From Eledone cirrhosa (Eukaryota), in contig OZ024741.1 in the NCBI GenBank assembly GCA_964016885.1, positions 149,854,001 to 149,918,000 on the forward strand: 64,000 nt of DNA. Direction: 5' to 3'. Positions 27,841 through 40,000 of this stretch are shown here, one piece after another. Position 1 is the stretch's first letter; each line of letters starts with the position of its first letter. Below the pieces are notes generated by a model, which worked only from the letters and a program-made list of their open reading frames with translations, ran no database searches and was not told where the DNA came from. The position numbers were made by a program, and so were the translations under genes.

Positions 27841-30438
27841 ATGGCTAGTTTACGAGTTGGAAGCGTAAATGTGCGTGGCCTAGGGATGCCATGGAAACAG
27901 GGCCAACTTTTAAACGACCTTAGGTCACATGGTATGGATGTGATAGCCATCACCGAGTTCAGGATCCACAACAGGCAGCAACTAACCACCATCTTCGACG
28001 ACTTTGAGATCTACGCATCTCTCTGTCAGCCAGGAGGTGGAGGGGGAGTGGCTGTCATGTTTCGGAAGAACCTGGACGTCGGAGTACAGCAAGTACACTT
28101 GGACCCGGAGAGTAGACTGGTAGTCCTAGACGTGAACAGTATTGGAGGTGGAGCCTTCAGACTGGTGGCCGTTTATGCCCCGACCGGGTAATCGCAATCA
28201 CGGCCAGACTTCTTTAAGCGTCTAGAGTCTTTTCTGGGAACGTCTCGCTCCTTACTTTTAGTGGGGACTGGAATGGTATCCTAGATGCACTATGGGACTA
28301 TAGAGGGCATGTCCAAGTAGAGGGGGTGCAACAGCCTCAAAACTTTAATCGGCCAATTCCAACTGGCCGATAAGTATCGACTGGATTTCCCGACTGCACC
28401 ACAGTGGACGTGGGCAAACCGTAGCGGGACATCTAGATCGTATTTAGATAGGTTCTTCATTAGAGAAAGGGACAAGGAGATGTTAAGCTGTCCACGAATG
28501 CACATGGTTGCCTATTCAGATCACAAATTAGTCGTCTGCTTAGTCAACCGTGATAGAATACATAGACAGGGTCCCGGATACTGGAAGCTGAACGTGTCGT
28601 TGCCGGCACGTAAAGCTTACAGTGAATGGATAAGTAGACTAGTCAAGCAACAGTTAACGGGAGCTATCGTCAACAATAAATGGTGGTACTCTCTCAAGAA
28701 AGCAATTATAATAGAATCGATAGGGTTTAGCAGAGAGTTAGCCTTAGAGAAAAACAGAATAGAAAGAGAACTAGTAGCCAAGGTAGAGGAGGCACTTAGA
28801 AGTGGAAACGCGGCTAGAGTGTTAGCGTCGAGAACGGCACTGGACCAGTTCTTCGATGCGAAACACGAAGGCTGCGTGGTCAGAAGCAAAACACGTGCTC
28901 TAGGAAACGAAGGAGCGAAAGCTGTCAACTGGGCCTGAGTGGCGGAGGCAAAAAGTGGCAACAAGTCCACGATTCGGTCTTTGAAAGACCAAAACGGACG
29001 CGTGCTACTTGACCCCAAGCAAATGTGCACAGCCTTTCAGCAGCACTTTGCGCGACTGTTTGAGCAGAACGACGGTGAGCCGAACGGGGTAATAGACTTT
29101 AGTTCATACCTCGACGGCTTGTCGCGTCTCTCGAACACGGACGCCGAGTTCTGCGAAAGACCGATCACGGACACGGAGATACGGGACGCTCTGGGCCGCT
29201 GCGGGAAACGCAAGTCACCCGGTCTAGATGGTCTACCCTATGAATTTTACATAGGCATGCCGGACTTGTTCTCTGGCGTCCTCGAAGCTGTCTACTGCAA
29301 TTGGCAGCAGAACGGGAGAATTCCCAGTTCTGCAAGCAAGGGCGTAGTAACGCTGATCAGGAAAGACGAGAACAAGGGGGACGAAATTAACAACTTCAGG
29401 CCCATAACTTTGCTCAACACAGAGTTAAAGATTTTGGCCAAGGTGGTAGCGACGAGGTTGGCGCTTGCCGTCGAGAACCTGGTAGAGAAAGCGCAAACGT
29501 GTGCAATCCCGACCAGGTCCATACACGACAACCTCCACCTCATGCGATACATCATAGAGAGGGTGGGTAGTAAACCCGGCTTCGGTGGGGCTCTGATCTG
29601 CGCAAAGCGGCGTCGGCTTATGCCGGCGACGTGACGGTAATGGTGTCGAGCACCTCGAAAATTGGGGTGATCGGCAACTTACTGAAAGAATACGAAACGC
29701 TGACGGGAGCAAAACTAAACCCGGACAAGTCTGTCGGTTTGCAACTCGGTATGTGGAGAGGCAAACCGATGACGTCCGACAGCGTTGTTGGACGCTGGAC
29801 GGACGGAGCGGTGAAATTGCTCGGGGTCTGGTTCGGTCCAGACCTGCTGCTCGGAGAGACTCTGGGGGTCGAAGACGACGAGCTCACCAGTCTGTTTGGT
29901 AGGACTTTCCGCCCGGGACCTATGGACAACTTCCAGAGGTCCCTGGCCTGGCAGTGCTACCGAGGAGCTCTACCGGTTCGTGACAAGATCTACAGGCACG
30001 GACGCCCCGGCAGGGATCCTTCCAAGAGGACGTGTGCAAGATGCGCGTAGGACATTGAAACAGTCCTGCACGCAATTGTGCACTGCCCCGGCGTAACCGA
30101 CTTGTGGAGCTATGCAGAACAACTGCTGTCGCGTGTGGGACAAATCCAGTTGACTGCCGAGTCCATAGTAAGGATCAAACCACCAGCCTATTTCAAAAAC
30201 GAACGAAGCGGTTTTCCTCTGTACGATGAAAGAAGTTATATGGTGGACGAGATTGAGAGGATTGAGGACAAATGCCTTTCTCTTCGAACAACAATTGATT
30301 CCCTTCTTTAAGTATCACTTTAGAAGGAGAATCAGAGTGGAAAGAGAGGCACTGCACCCCAGTAAATTTACTGAAAGGTGGGTGAATGAAGCGAAAATGG
30401 CCCGAGTGATTGGGCCTTCTCTGTTTATAAGCCTGTAG
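27841..30438 (+). pseudogene. Tx1 ORF2 (APE endonuclease-reverse transcriptase), disrupted
   Basis: SVNVRGL, VYAP, SDH, GYWKLN, KSPGLDG, NFRPITLLN; YADD degraded to YAGD; C-terminal CARC..H..C. Stops, frameshifts and deletions present. Confidence 0.9.
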
Positions 30439-30671
30439 GTTGAAGAAAAGAGCAAAAGGAAGAAAGGAGTACTTGCACAACACGCTCCTGGAGTTGAGGG
30501 TTGTTCTAGCAACGGGGTATTAAACAACCCATTTGTGGCGCTTCCCCCCTATTGGGGATTTCGATTGTTGTAATTGTTTGTTTTTATATTTTTTACACGA
30601 CTGTATGTAAAATCCCCGGCATGTCTTTGTATTGTCCCCTTTTCTTGTGCGCCCTTGTGGCAAATAAAGAA

Positions 30672-30716
<45 letters not shown>

Positions 30717-30717
30717 C

Positions 30718-30767
<50 letters not shown>

Positions 30768-31505
30768 ATTAAACACACACACACACACATATAATAATGC
30801 GTCTGGTGGTTGTAGTGGCTGTTGTTCTATACACAAGTACACCCGGAACATTAGATACATAAACGTGGGTTATGAAGTCAGTTATTCTTAATTCTGCAGT
30901 TTATTCCGTGTATTTGCGTGGGCCTTGTATATATTTAGTGTGTGTGTGTGGGTCTTATGTGCATATATATATATGTATGTTTTTTATATATATTCACCTC
31001 GGCTGCGTTTGTCTGTTTCCCTCTTACTGCTTCCCCGTTCTCTCTGTTTCTCTCACCTTCTTTCGCCCCCTCTGTCAGTTACACTTTCTCTCGACTGACC
31101 GCTTCCTCGCACTTCCACTCACTCACTCTCTGTTTCTCCCCTTCTCACTTCCTCCCGTTTGGCTAACAGTGGGCCTCTTCTTGCTTACAGCCCACGCTGG
31201 ACGTGTCTGTACCTTTCGCTCATGAAATCCACCCAGATTATGCTGACCAGGACTACCATGTTGCTTGTTTATTTTCTTTCTTTGGTTTGCTTTTATTCTT
31301 CTATGTTGTTCACTTGTCCCCCTCGCTTTACGCGATTTACTGGTCCCAATAACTTTTTTAGTTATTGCTCGCACCAACCTGAGGTATCTGATTTTTAATG
31401 CGATGAAATACCAATGATGGTTGGAAAATCACTAACGAAGGACTATTTTTATCATATGTACCCTATGTGCAACCACGCAGTATTCTTCTTTCTTCTCATG
31501 TTTTT

Positions 31506-31543
<38 letters not shown>

Positions 31544-31688
31544 TATTTTGAGTATATGTTGGTTGTTCACCGACACCTCAGTATGCAGATTGGAGTACTC
31601 GACGAAGTGCGCAGGTTGGTTTGGTTACTCCGGAGTAATGTAAAATAAAATAAATAAGTCAAATATTTAAAATTTGGCTTCGTTTATT

Positions 31689-31743
31689 ACTGCTATATAT
31701 ATTTCGGTGACAGCCATCTTTGGCTGTGACCTCTTCAGGCAGT
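31689..31743 (-). ncRNA. Type I minimal hammerhead ribozyme
   Basis: Exact reverse complement of 31974-32028. Confidence 0.85.
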
Positions 31744-31973
31744 CCGAATTGGTGTGGTAGAGACGGGTACACATGTTGTTGAGGTGTTTAACTTCGTCAA
31801 TACTCCGATATGCCCAGTTCCTGGTTGGGTTGTTATTTCTCTGAGGAACTGGAATTATATGATTCCAGTTCCTCAGAGAAATAACAACCCAACCAGGAGC
31901 TGGACATATCGGAGTATTGACGAAGTTAAACACCTCAACAACATGTGTACCCGTCTCTACCACACCAATTCGG

Positions 31974-32028
31974 ACTGCCTGAAGAGGTCACAGCCAAAGA
32001 TGGCTGTCACCGAAATATATATAGCAGT
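31974..32028 (+). ncRNA. Type I minimal hammerhead ribozyme
   Basis: ACUGC-CUGAAGA-GGUCACAGCCA(AAGA)UGGCUGUCACC-GAAA-UAUAUA-UA/GCAGU. Full core, stems I and II paired, palindromic minimal stem III. Confidence 0.85.
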
Positions 32029-32084
32029 AATAAACGAAGCCAAATTTTAAATATTTGACTTATTTATTTTATTTTATATATATA

Positions 32085-32540
32085 TATAATTGAATATACA
32101 AGAGAGATGAACACTAATATAAATATACATGTGTCCGAATTGTAAAGGACCAGGTTTGCTAGGGTGAAAAAATACTAACTACAGCAATTAATTAATTGTA
32201 GTAAATTAAGAAAAATAATAACAATGGTTTGTTATTATTACATGTACAAACATTGATAATGCTCCGATGACTCCAAACGAGAGTTTGAAAGAAACGATTG
32301 TCAGCTATTAAATGATTTGAACACAACTTTGATAATTGTCTAATTTATATATATATATATATATACTGAGTTAGAAACTCAAAATAGTCTCTTACAATTA
32401 AATAGCTCTAAAAAAAAAGCTTTTCCGAGCCGTACAATATAATTGAATATACAAGAAAGATGAACACTAATATAAACATACATGTGTCCGAATTTTAAAG
32501 GACTGGGTTTGCTAGGGTGAAAAAATGTTAACTACAGCAA
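32085..32540. repeat. About 105-bp direct repeat (32085-32188 and 32438-32541)
   Basis: ATAATTGAATATACAAGA..GATGAACACTAATATAAA..TGCTAGGGTGAAAAAAT..AACTACAGCAAT occurs twice. Confidence 0.85.
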
Positions 32541-32692
32541 TATAACTTTGCCTTTCATCCTTACGGGGTCAATAAAATAAAGTACCAGTAATGTACTGGT
32601 TAATTGCTGGCCTTGTGCTTAAAGAAGAAACAATTATATATATATATATATATAGACATACATACATACATACATGTATATATATATATATG

Positions 32693-32759
<67 letters not shown>

Positions 32760-33309
32760 GGTGTGTGTGCATATATTGTGTGTGTTTGTGTGGGTTGTAC
32801 ATATTGTGGGTGTCTTGTATGGAGTATGTATGAGTTTATCTCGTAAATAAAGTGTGTGTGTTGTTATTGTCGTTGTTGTTGAAGCCCAAGACCAGATTAG
32901 CCTTAATCAAGCAGGCGTATCATCAATGGTTTTCCAGTCGTAACCATCATTTATATATCAGGTACTATATGTACCAATGTACGCTTCATTCTTTTAAGGC
33001 GGTGGGGTGTGAATTTAGGGAAGTATCGTTGATTTATTACATTTATATAGTATTGATAAAAAAGGTTGGTTTAGAGTGGATGGATAGATGAAATCACCAA
33101 ATTTGGTTTGTAAGGAGGTAGTGTTAAATAGTATTTATTTGGTTGTTTTGTAAAGATCTCTCTCATAATTTTTAATTAAAGATGTTTTATTTGTTGACAT
33201 AAAAGACACACTTTTGTGATTCAATTACAACCTTTAATGAGTAAAGGTTGAATAATTCAACGGTTTCATTTGTGTGATAAGACAGTAAGCATGCACATAC
33301 ACGTACACC

Positions 33310-33640
33310 AGGTCCAAACACAGAGGAGCCAAACTCCGACTGTCATCGCCTCAATCTCTCTCGCCCTCCCCACCTCTCTCTATTACGAGCAAATCGGATC
33401 TCACGCGCTCGCCGCCCCACGACCCAGCGGACAGGATAGAGAAGGCGTTTCTCCGGAGGATGGTAAGGGAGATGCGCTGGAAGAGCCATTTCATCTCGTG
33501 AGGCTCACACATGCGACTCGCCAGCTCAGCGCCTATGGTGGTAAGTAGGGAGGTAGCCCTAGGGCCAAGGACATCAGAAGTCTCCACTTCTAGGGGCTCG
33601 ACTGCAAAACTGTCGGAGAGCGACCGATACTTGGAGGCCT
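33310..33640 (-). mobile_element. CRE-like LINE extreme 3' fragment
   Basis: ETSDVLGPRA..WLFQRISLTILRRNAFSIL. Homologous to 11945-12290. Confidence 0.75.
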
Positions 33641-33985
33641 CTATATTGATGACAAGCTTGGTTTGTAAACTGACAGACGTAAGAAGGTATTTATTCCTAT
33701 ATTGAAGGCAGGTTTGGCCTGAAAGCTAACAGATGTAAGGAGGTACTTGCTCCTATATTGAGGATAGGTTTGGTCTGTAAACTAACAGATGTAAAAAGAT
33801 ACTTGCCTCTATATTGAGGGTAAGGCTAGTCTGTAAAGAAACATATGTAAGGAGGTACATGACCCTATATTGGGGACATGTTTGGTCTGTAAACTAACAG
33901 ATGCAAGGAGGTACTTGCTCCTATTTTGCAGGTAAAGTTCGTCTGTAAAGTAGCCGATATAGAAAGGTACTTACCATTATACTAA
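33630..33985. repeat. 56-bp minisatellite, about 6 diverged copies
   Basis: Consensus AAACTAACAGATGTAAGGAGGTACTTGCTCCTATATTGAGGATAGGTTTGGTCTGT. Units start near 33667, 33722, 33779, 33835, 33891 and 33947. Confidence 0.85.
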
Positions 33986-34938
33986 CGGCAAGTTTGAGGA
34001 ATACACTTTTTGCCTTTTATCTCATCAATCGATACAATTTATTATGGTGTTCTCCTACAAATATGTTACACTAATTCTTATCACTGCCACACCACTGAAG
34101 ACTGGGTTTTTGGATTCGCTTGTGTCAGGTTTAACAGCTCCGCATGTCATGCCAATAAGATTGACCATTTCAATTATGTTCTATACTCTGCTTGGCATAA
34201 ATACTAATGCTATGCTGATCCCTCTGTAGGAAGAATCTTATCTTTTGATGAGGAGACAGTACTCCTTGAAATAAGCAATGATAATCTCTCATGTGTTTCT
34301 GTGTGTTTGTATTTCCTTATTTTCACAGCGACACCTCTAATTCAGGACGAAAGATAAAGGGTACCCATTATATAACATCTCCCTATTTATTAGTTATTAT
34401 ATGCACATATATTTGTTTACTTACTTCAATCAAGATTTTAACTTGCAAATTTTTTTTAATTTTTGATTTTTAATTTTTAGTTTTAATTTCTAATTCTCTT
34501 CATAATTTCCACAGTGAAACCATAATACCTAGAAATAAGTATATATTCTCTTAGCGGGTGATGGTCAATTCTATTGTCCATGCTTAATTTAGGGGCAGTA
34601 TTGAGACCTATTGAAACTCATACTCTCCCACCCCCACTAGCTTTCGGCCAACTGCAACTGGCAGGGTGGCTAGCAGTAAACTATAACCGTGTCCTATTAC
34701 ATACCTGGATGGGGTGATTGTTTGGTTGAGTGGGGGGGGGGGGTCTGCCTAGGCGAGTTTCGTAGAACTTTTGGGTAGTTGATGGTCAACTTCCTTCGGA
34801 CTTGCGCCTATGCAGACCGGTGGGGGTGAATTGGGACTCACAGGGGAACAGGCGAAGAATTCAAGAGCACACGCTTTGTCCGTTCCCATGTCCATTCAAT
34901 TTGGATTGCCTCGGAAACATAACCTTATTATGTAAGAA

Positions 34939-35013
34939 GCTGTCTGATGATGTCACGGCACTGGGCGCACCGAACCGTGTAGCCACTGTCGTCATTGAAA
35001 TATGTATCACAGC
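34939..35013 (+). ncRNA. Type I hammerhead ribozyme
   Basis: GCUGU-CUGAUGA-[stem II ACGGCA.UGG/CCA.UGUCGU]-GAAA-UAUGUA-UC/ACAGC. The base of stem II is imperfect. Confidence 0.75.
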
Positions 35014-36314
35014 ATTATCATTAAAGGACTTTAACATCTGAAACTACTTCGCTTTTTCTTATTCGATATATACTCCGTCACTCCTATGTGGAAAAAGTAC
35101 GTTGAGTGCTTGAATTGAATTGCATCAATATTTACCTTAAGAATTTAGCTCCAAAACGTAACCGATATAATGGAGAAGAGAGGAACCAGCCATCAGCTAC
35201 ACCCGGAAATTCCCTCTACCATGGGGATTGATTACACACACTGGAAATCCCTGATACTGGACGGACATAAAATTATAAACTAACTTTCGACAGGATAAAT
35301 ACGCGGAACTAAAAACAACGATTAACCCCTATTTTCTTGCAGCAAATTGCATTTGCACAGAGGCCTTGAACGGAAGCCCCCTCACTTCATCAGATAACGA
35401 ATTTTTATATGCACTTTAAATGAACAAAATTGACAATCATCTTAACCGCGTATACCCTCATTTCCATACAGTTTACCTTCCTCGTATATGTTTCTCATAT
35501 ATATCTCCTATCTCATTTTACATATATATCTCCTATCTCTTTTTGCATCTATGTATTTTTTGTGTATTTTATATTTTGTATTATTTGTTGTTTTGATTCA
35601 TGTGATAGAGATATTAACTATGTATTTGCCTAACTACTACGTTTCATACTGTAATTTACCCTCCGTTCTACTGTACGGTACTATCGTTCAATATATGGAT
35701 AATATATCTGTAATATTGATCCCCCTTTCAAAACTTCTTACTATAATTTAAACATCTCCCTATTTATTAGTTATTATATGTAGATATATTTTTTTGCTTA
35801 CTTCAATCAAGATTTTAACTTGCAATTTTTTTAAAATTTTTGATTTTTAATTTTTAGTTTTAATTTCTAATTCTCTTCATAATTTCCACAGTGAAACCAT
35901 AATACCTAGAAATAAGTATATATTCTCTTAGCGGGTGATGGTCAATTCTACTGTCCATGCTTAATTTAGGGGCAGTATTGAGACCTATTGAAACTCATAC
36001 TCTCCCACCCCCACTAGCTTTCGGCCAACTGCAACTGGCAGGGTGGCTAGCAGTAAACTATAACCGTGTCATATTACATACCTGGATGGGGTGATTGTTT
36101 GGTTGAGGGGGGGGGGGGGTCTGCCTAGGCGAGTTTCGTAGAACTTTGGGGTATTTGATGGTCAACTTCCTTCGGACTTGCGCCTATGCAGACCGGTGGG
36201 GGTGAATTGGGACTCACAGGGGAACAGGCGAAGAATTCAAGAGCACACGCTTTGTCCGTTCCCATGTCCATTCAATTTGGATTGCCTCGGAAACATAACC
36301 TTATTATGTAAGAA

Positions 36315-36389
36315 GCTGTCTGATGATGTCACGGCACTGGGCGCACCGAACCGTGTAGCCATTGTCGTCATTGAAATATGTATCACAGC
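36315..36389 (+). ncRNA. Type I hammerhead ribozyme (second copy)
   Basis: Identical to 34939-35013 except one stem II substitution. Confidence 0.75.
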
Positions 36390-36435
36390 ATTATCATTAA
36401 AGGACTTTAACATCTGAAACTATTTCGCTTTTTCT

Positions 36436-36517
<82 letters not shown>

Positions 36518-36632
36518 AGATCACTGATGAAGGACAAACTTTTTTCATATGTAACCCATTTGCAACTCCGCAGCGCCCTTATTATCATATATATATATAT
36601 ATATACTACATACACACATACATATACGTACA

Positions 36633-36715
<83 letters not shown>

Positions 36716-36717
<2 letters not shown>

Positions 36718-36843
36718 TGGGTGTTGGAACTGGGAGAGGGGGAGGGGTCCATACCCCACCACCTTGATTTTATTTTTCTCCCCAAACTACCAAAACGCAC
36801 ATCTATTTGTATATGCGCTACAATGTATGTGCATGTTATGTAA
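36716..36843 (+). repeat. Interspersed repeat, also at 46395-46513 (possible DNA transposon end)
   Basis: Shared TTTTCTCCCCAAACTACCAAAAC(G/A)CACATCTATTTG..ATATGCG. Both copies follow (TA)n. Confidence 0.55.
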
Positions 36844-36849
36844 TGTAGA

Positions 36850-37094
36850 GAAAGATGGGAGAGAGAAATATAGATACAGAGAGGGGGAGAGTTTGGTGTT
36901 AATTGATATAGAGAGGAAGGTTGGGAGAGTGTGTTGTATATTAGATATAAAGAGGGGGAGAGATTGATGTTTATTGATATAGAGAGAGGGATTAGAAGAG
37001 AGTGCCATGTAGTAGATATACAGAGAGGGGGAGAGTTTGGTGTTAATTGATATATAGAGGGGCATTGAAGCGAGTTCTGTATAGTAGATATATA
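36850..37094. repeat. GA-rich minisatellite interrupted by Tx1 copy C; continues at 42560-43120
   Basis: TAGATATAGAGAGGGGGAGAGTTTGGTG units and ATTGAAGCGAGTTC occur on both sides of copy C. Confidence 0.8.
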
Positions 37095-40000
37095 TTTCTA
37101 TTTATTTGCCACCAGGGCATCAAAGATTGGGACAAATACAAAGGGGGGAGTTTACATACATTTAAAAAGACGTGTAAAAAACATATAACAAATTAAATTT
37201 AACAATCGATGTCCTCAATAGGGAGGGGCGTTGACATGAGTCGCACACACCCCCGAAAAAATGTGCAACCCTCCTCTTCAGGAACACAAAAGCGGGTGCT
37301 TCCTTCCTCTTCTCATTCTTCTCCTCTCTCACCTACAGGCTGATATAGAGAGAAGGCCCATTCAGTCGGGCCATTCTCGCTTCTTTCACCCACCTTTCAT
37401 AAAACTTGCTGGGGTAGAGCACCTCTCTCTCCATTCCGATCCTTCTTCTAAAGTGGTACTTGAAAAAAAAGACCAGTTGTTGGCCGGAGAGAAAGGTGTC
37501 TGACCTCAGCCCTTTCAACCTTGTCCACCATACAACTTCTTTCGCCATGGCTATCACACAGAGGAAAACTGCCTCTCCTTCGTTTTTGAAAAGGGGGAGG
37601 CGGTTTGATCGTGACAATGTTCTCGGTGGTCAACCGGATTGGTCCCACCCGCGACAGTAGTCGTTCTACATAGCCCCACAGGTCAGCAACGCCCGGGCAG
37701 TGTACGAATGCGTGTACGACAGTTTCCTAGTCACGCACGCATCTCGGACAGATCTTCTTGGAGGTGTCCCTACCCGGGCGCCCGTGTCTGTAGAGCTTGT
37801 CCCGAACGAGTAGAGCTCCTCGGTAACATTGCCAAGCCAGGGACTTTTGGAAGTTGTCCATCGGTCCCGGGCCAAACGTCCTACCGAACAGACTGGCTAG
37901 CTCGTCTTTCTCCATGCCCAGAGCCTCTCCGAGAGCGTCGTCGCACTTACTGCGCACCAACCCTCTATAGAATGTTGAGGTTGAGTCTCCACTGATTGCC
38001 GGATCCGCTTGCCAGAGGGCCGTGAGCGCCTGGGCACATTCAATGTGCCAGTCGCCCACTTTTCTCGGTCTTTGCTTGACCCAGGATTGCAGCTCGGTGA
38101 GTGAGACGAGTCTCGGAAAGGCTCGCCTCACAAACAGGGCCCACACCGGCTGACCGGTGAGGAATACCTGGAGGTGCCGTAGCCTTAATGCGTGTCTACG
38201 CATCGTCAGCCACGGCATCCCCAGCCCTCCGTTCGAAGGGTATTGACAGCAGATGGATCTTCTCACCAAAGGAGCCCGCTTCTTCCAAAGAAATCGGAAG
38301 AGCGCGCGCTCCATTTTGGCGAGTGTTTTCTCTGGGCAAGGCACGACGGTTAAGCGGTAGTAGATGACGGACGCTATATAAGCGTTCGCCACCTCCGCTC
38401 GACCTTTCAGGGATAGTTTGCACTCGTCCCATTTTGGGGCGAGTGCAAACACCTTGCCCGTTACCTCGTCCCAGTTTTTCTCCACCTGGAGGTCCGGTCC
38501 GAACCAGACCCCGAGCAGCTTCACCGGCCCCTCCGTCCAGCGTCCGACGATGCCGTAGTGGCTCGAGAGCCAGCACATACAGGAGGGAGGAGAGAGGGCA
38601 TCCCTGTCGGATGGATCGCGTGATTTGGAACTGCTCCGAGAAGTAGCCGTTCGCCTTGACCCTCGAGCAGGTGTTGCTGCTGTGCATTGCAGCAATCCAG
38701 CCCCTGAAAACGGGTCCAAAGCCTGCCGCCGCGAGCACCGCATCCAGGTACCGATGGTCAACCCTATCGAACGCCTTATATTGATCCAAGTTGATCAGGG
38801 CCCCACCAAAGCCGGGTTCATTCCATACCCTCTCTACGATGTATCGCATGAGGTGGAGGTTGTCGTGTATGGACCTGGACGGGATTGCGCATGTCTGCGC
38901 TTCTCCCACCAGGTTCCCGACGACAAGCGCCAACCTCTTCGCTAACACCTTGGCCAAAATCTTTAACTCTGTGTTTAGCAGAGTTATGGGCCTGAAGTTA
39001 TCTATGTCATCCCCCTTGTTCTCGTCCTTCCTCACCAGCGTGACTACGCCCTTGGTCACAGAACTGAGAATTCTCCCGTTCTGTTGCCAGTTGCAGTAGA
39101 CCGCCTCGAGGATGACCGGAGAACAAGCCCGGCATCGCTACATAAAGTTCGTATGGTAGACCATCGAGACTCGGAGATTTGCGTTTGCCGCATTGGTTCA
39201 GCGCTTCCCCTATTTCAGCGGCTGAAATCGGCCTCTCGCAGGACTTCTCCTCCCCGTCCGAGAGCTGCGCCAGACCGTCGAGGTATGGACCGAAATCCAT
39301 GGCCCCACCCGGCCCGCCGCCCCTCCCGAACAGTCGTGCAAAGCGCCGTTGAAAGGCCGCGCTCATCCGCTCAGGTTCAAGGATCACGCGTCCATCCTGG
39401 TCCTTCAAAGACCGAATCGTGGACTTGTTTCCACTTTTTGCCTCTGTCACTCGGGCTCAGCTAACAGCTTTGGCTCCCTCGTTACCCAGAGCACGTATTT
39501 TACTCCTGACAACGCAGCCCTCGTGCTTCGCATCAAAGAACTGGTCTAGGGCCGTTCTTGACGCCAGCACGTCGGCCACGTTGCCACTCCTAATCGCCTC
39601 TTCTACTCTATTTGTTAATTCCCTTTCAGTTCTATTCCTATCTGATGCTAATTCCCGACTAAAACCTATCGATTCTATTCTAATTTCTCTCTTGAGAGAG
39701 CCCCACCACCTGCTGTTGACAATTTCCCCCGTAAAACGCTGCTTAACTAGTGTGCTAATCCGCTTACTGTAAGCTTTGTTTGTCGGTAAAGACAAGTTTA
39801 GCTTCCAGTAACCGGGTCCCTGTCTATGAGTTCTATCAAGGTTGACCACTCCGGTCACCAACTTGTGATCCGAATAGTCAACCATGAACATTCGTGGACA
39901 GCTTAATATGTCCCTATCCTTATTTCTAACTAGGAACCTATCTAGGTACGACCTAGATGTTCCGCTGAGATTACTCCACGTCCACCGTGGCACAGTCGGA

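Larger units (their letters stand above)
25702..30672 (+). mobile_element. Near-full-length Tx1/L1-type LINE (copy B), internally deleted
   Basis: 5' end GACGCGTGGAACATCGCCGG (also at 63269), ORF1 with CCHC knuckle, ORF2 APE-RT-CCHC, AATAAA at 30663, (TATC)n on both sides. Confidence 0.93.
31641..32076. repeat. Near-perfect 218-bp-arm palindrome (putative inverted Penelope-like terminus)
   Basis: Arms 31641-31858 and 31859-32076 are reverse complements with few mismatches. Mirror ORFs appear in the track. Confidence 0.95.
34374..36440 (+). mobile_element. Partial-tandem element with ~690-bp direct repeats (34374-35064 and 35751-36440), each with a hammerhead; putative Penelope-like pseudo-LTR or retrozyme
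   Basis: Near-identical repeats at ~1376-bp period with a hammerhead in each. A diverged third copy lies at 46810-46990. Confidence 0.7.

Noticed and set aside
31667-32050. Mirror-image 98-aa ORFs
   Set aside because: Artefact of the palindrome.
33630-33985. CRISPR-like periodicity
   Set aside because: Whole units are homologous, with no unique spacers and no cas genes; eukaryotic minisatellite.
34695-34850. U1 snRNA-like start (ACATACCTGG..GGGG)
   Set aside because: The match is limited to about 15 nt; U1 stem-loops and the Sm site are missing.
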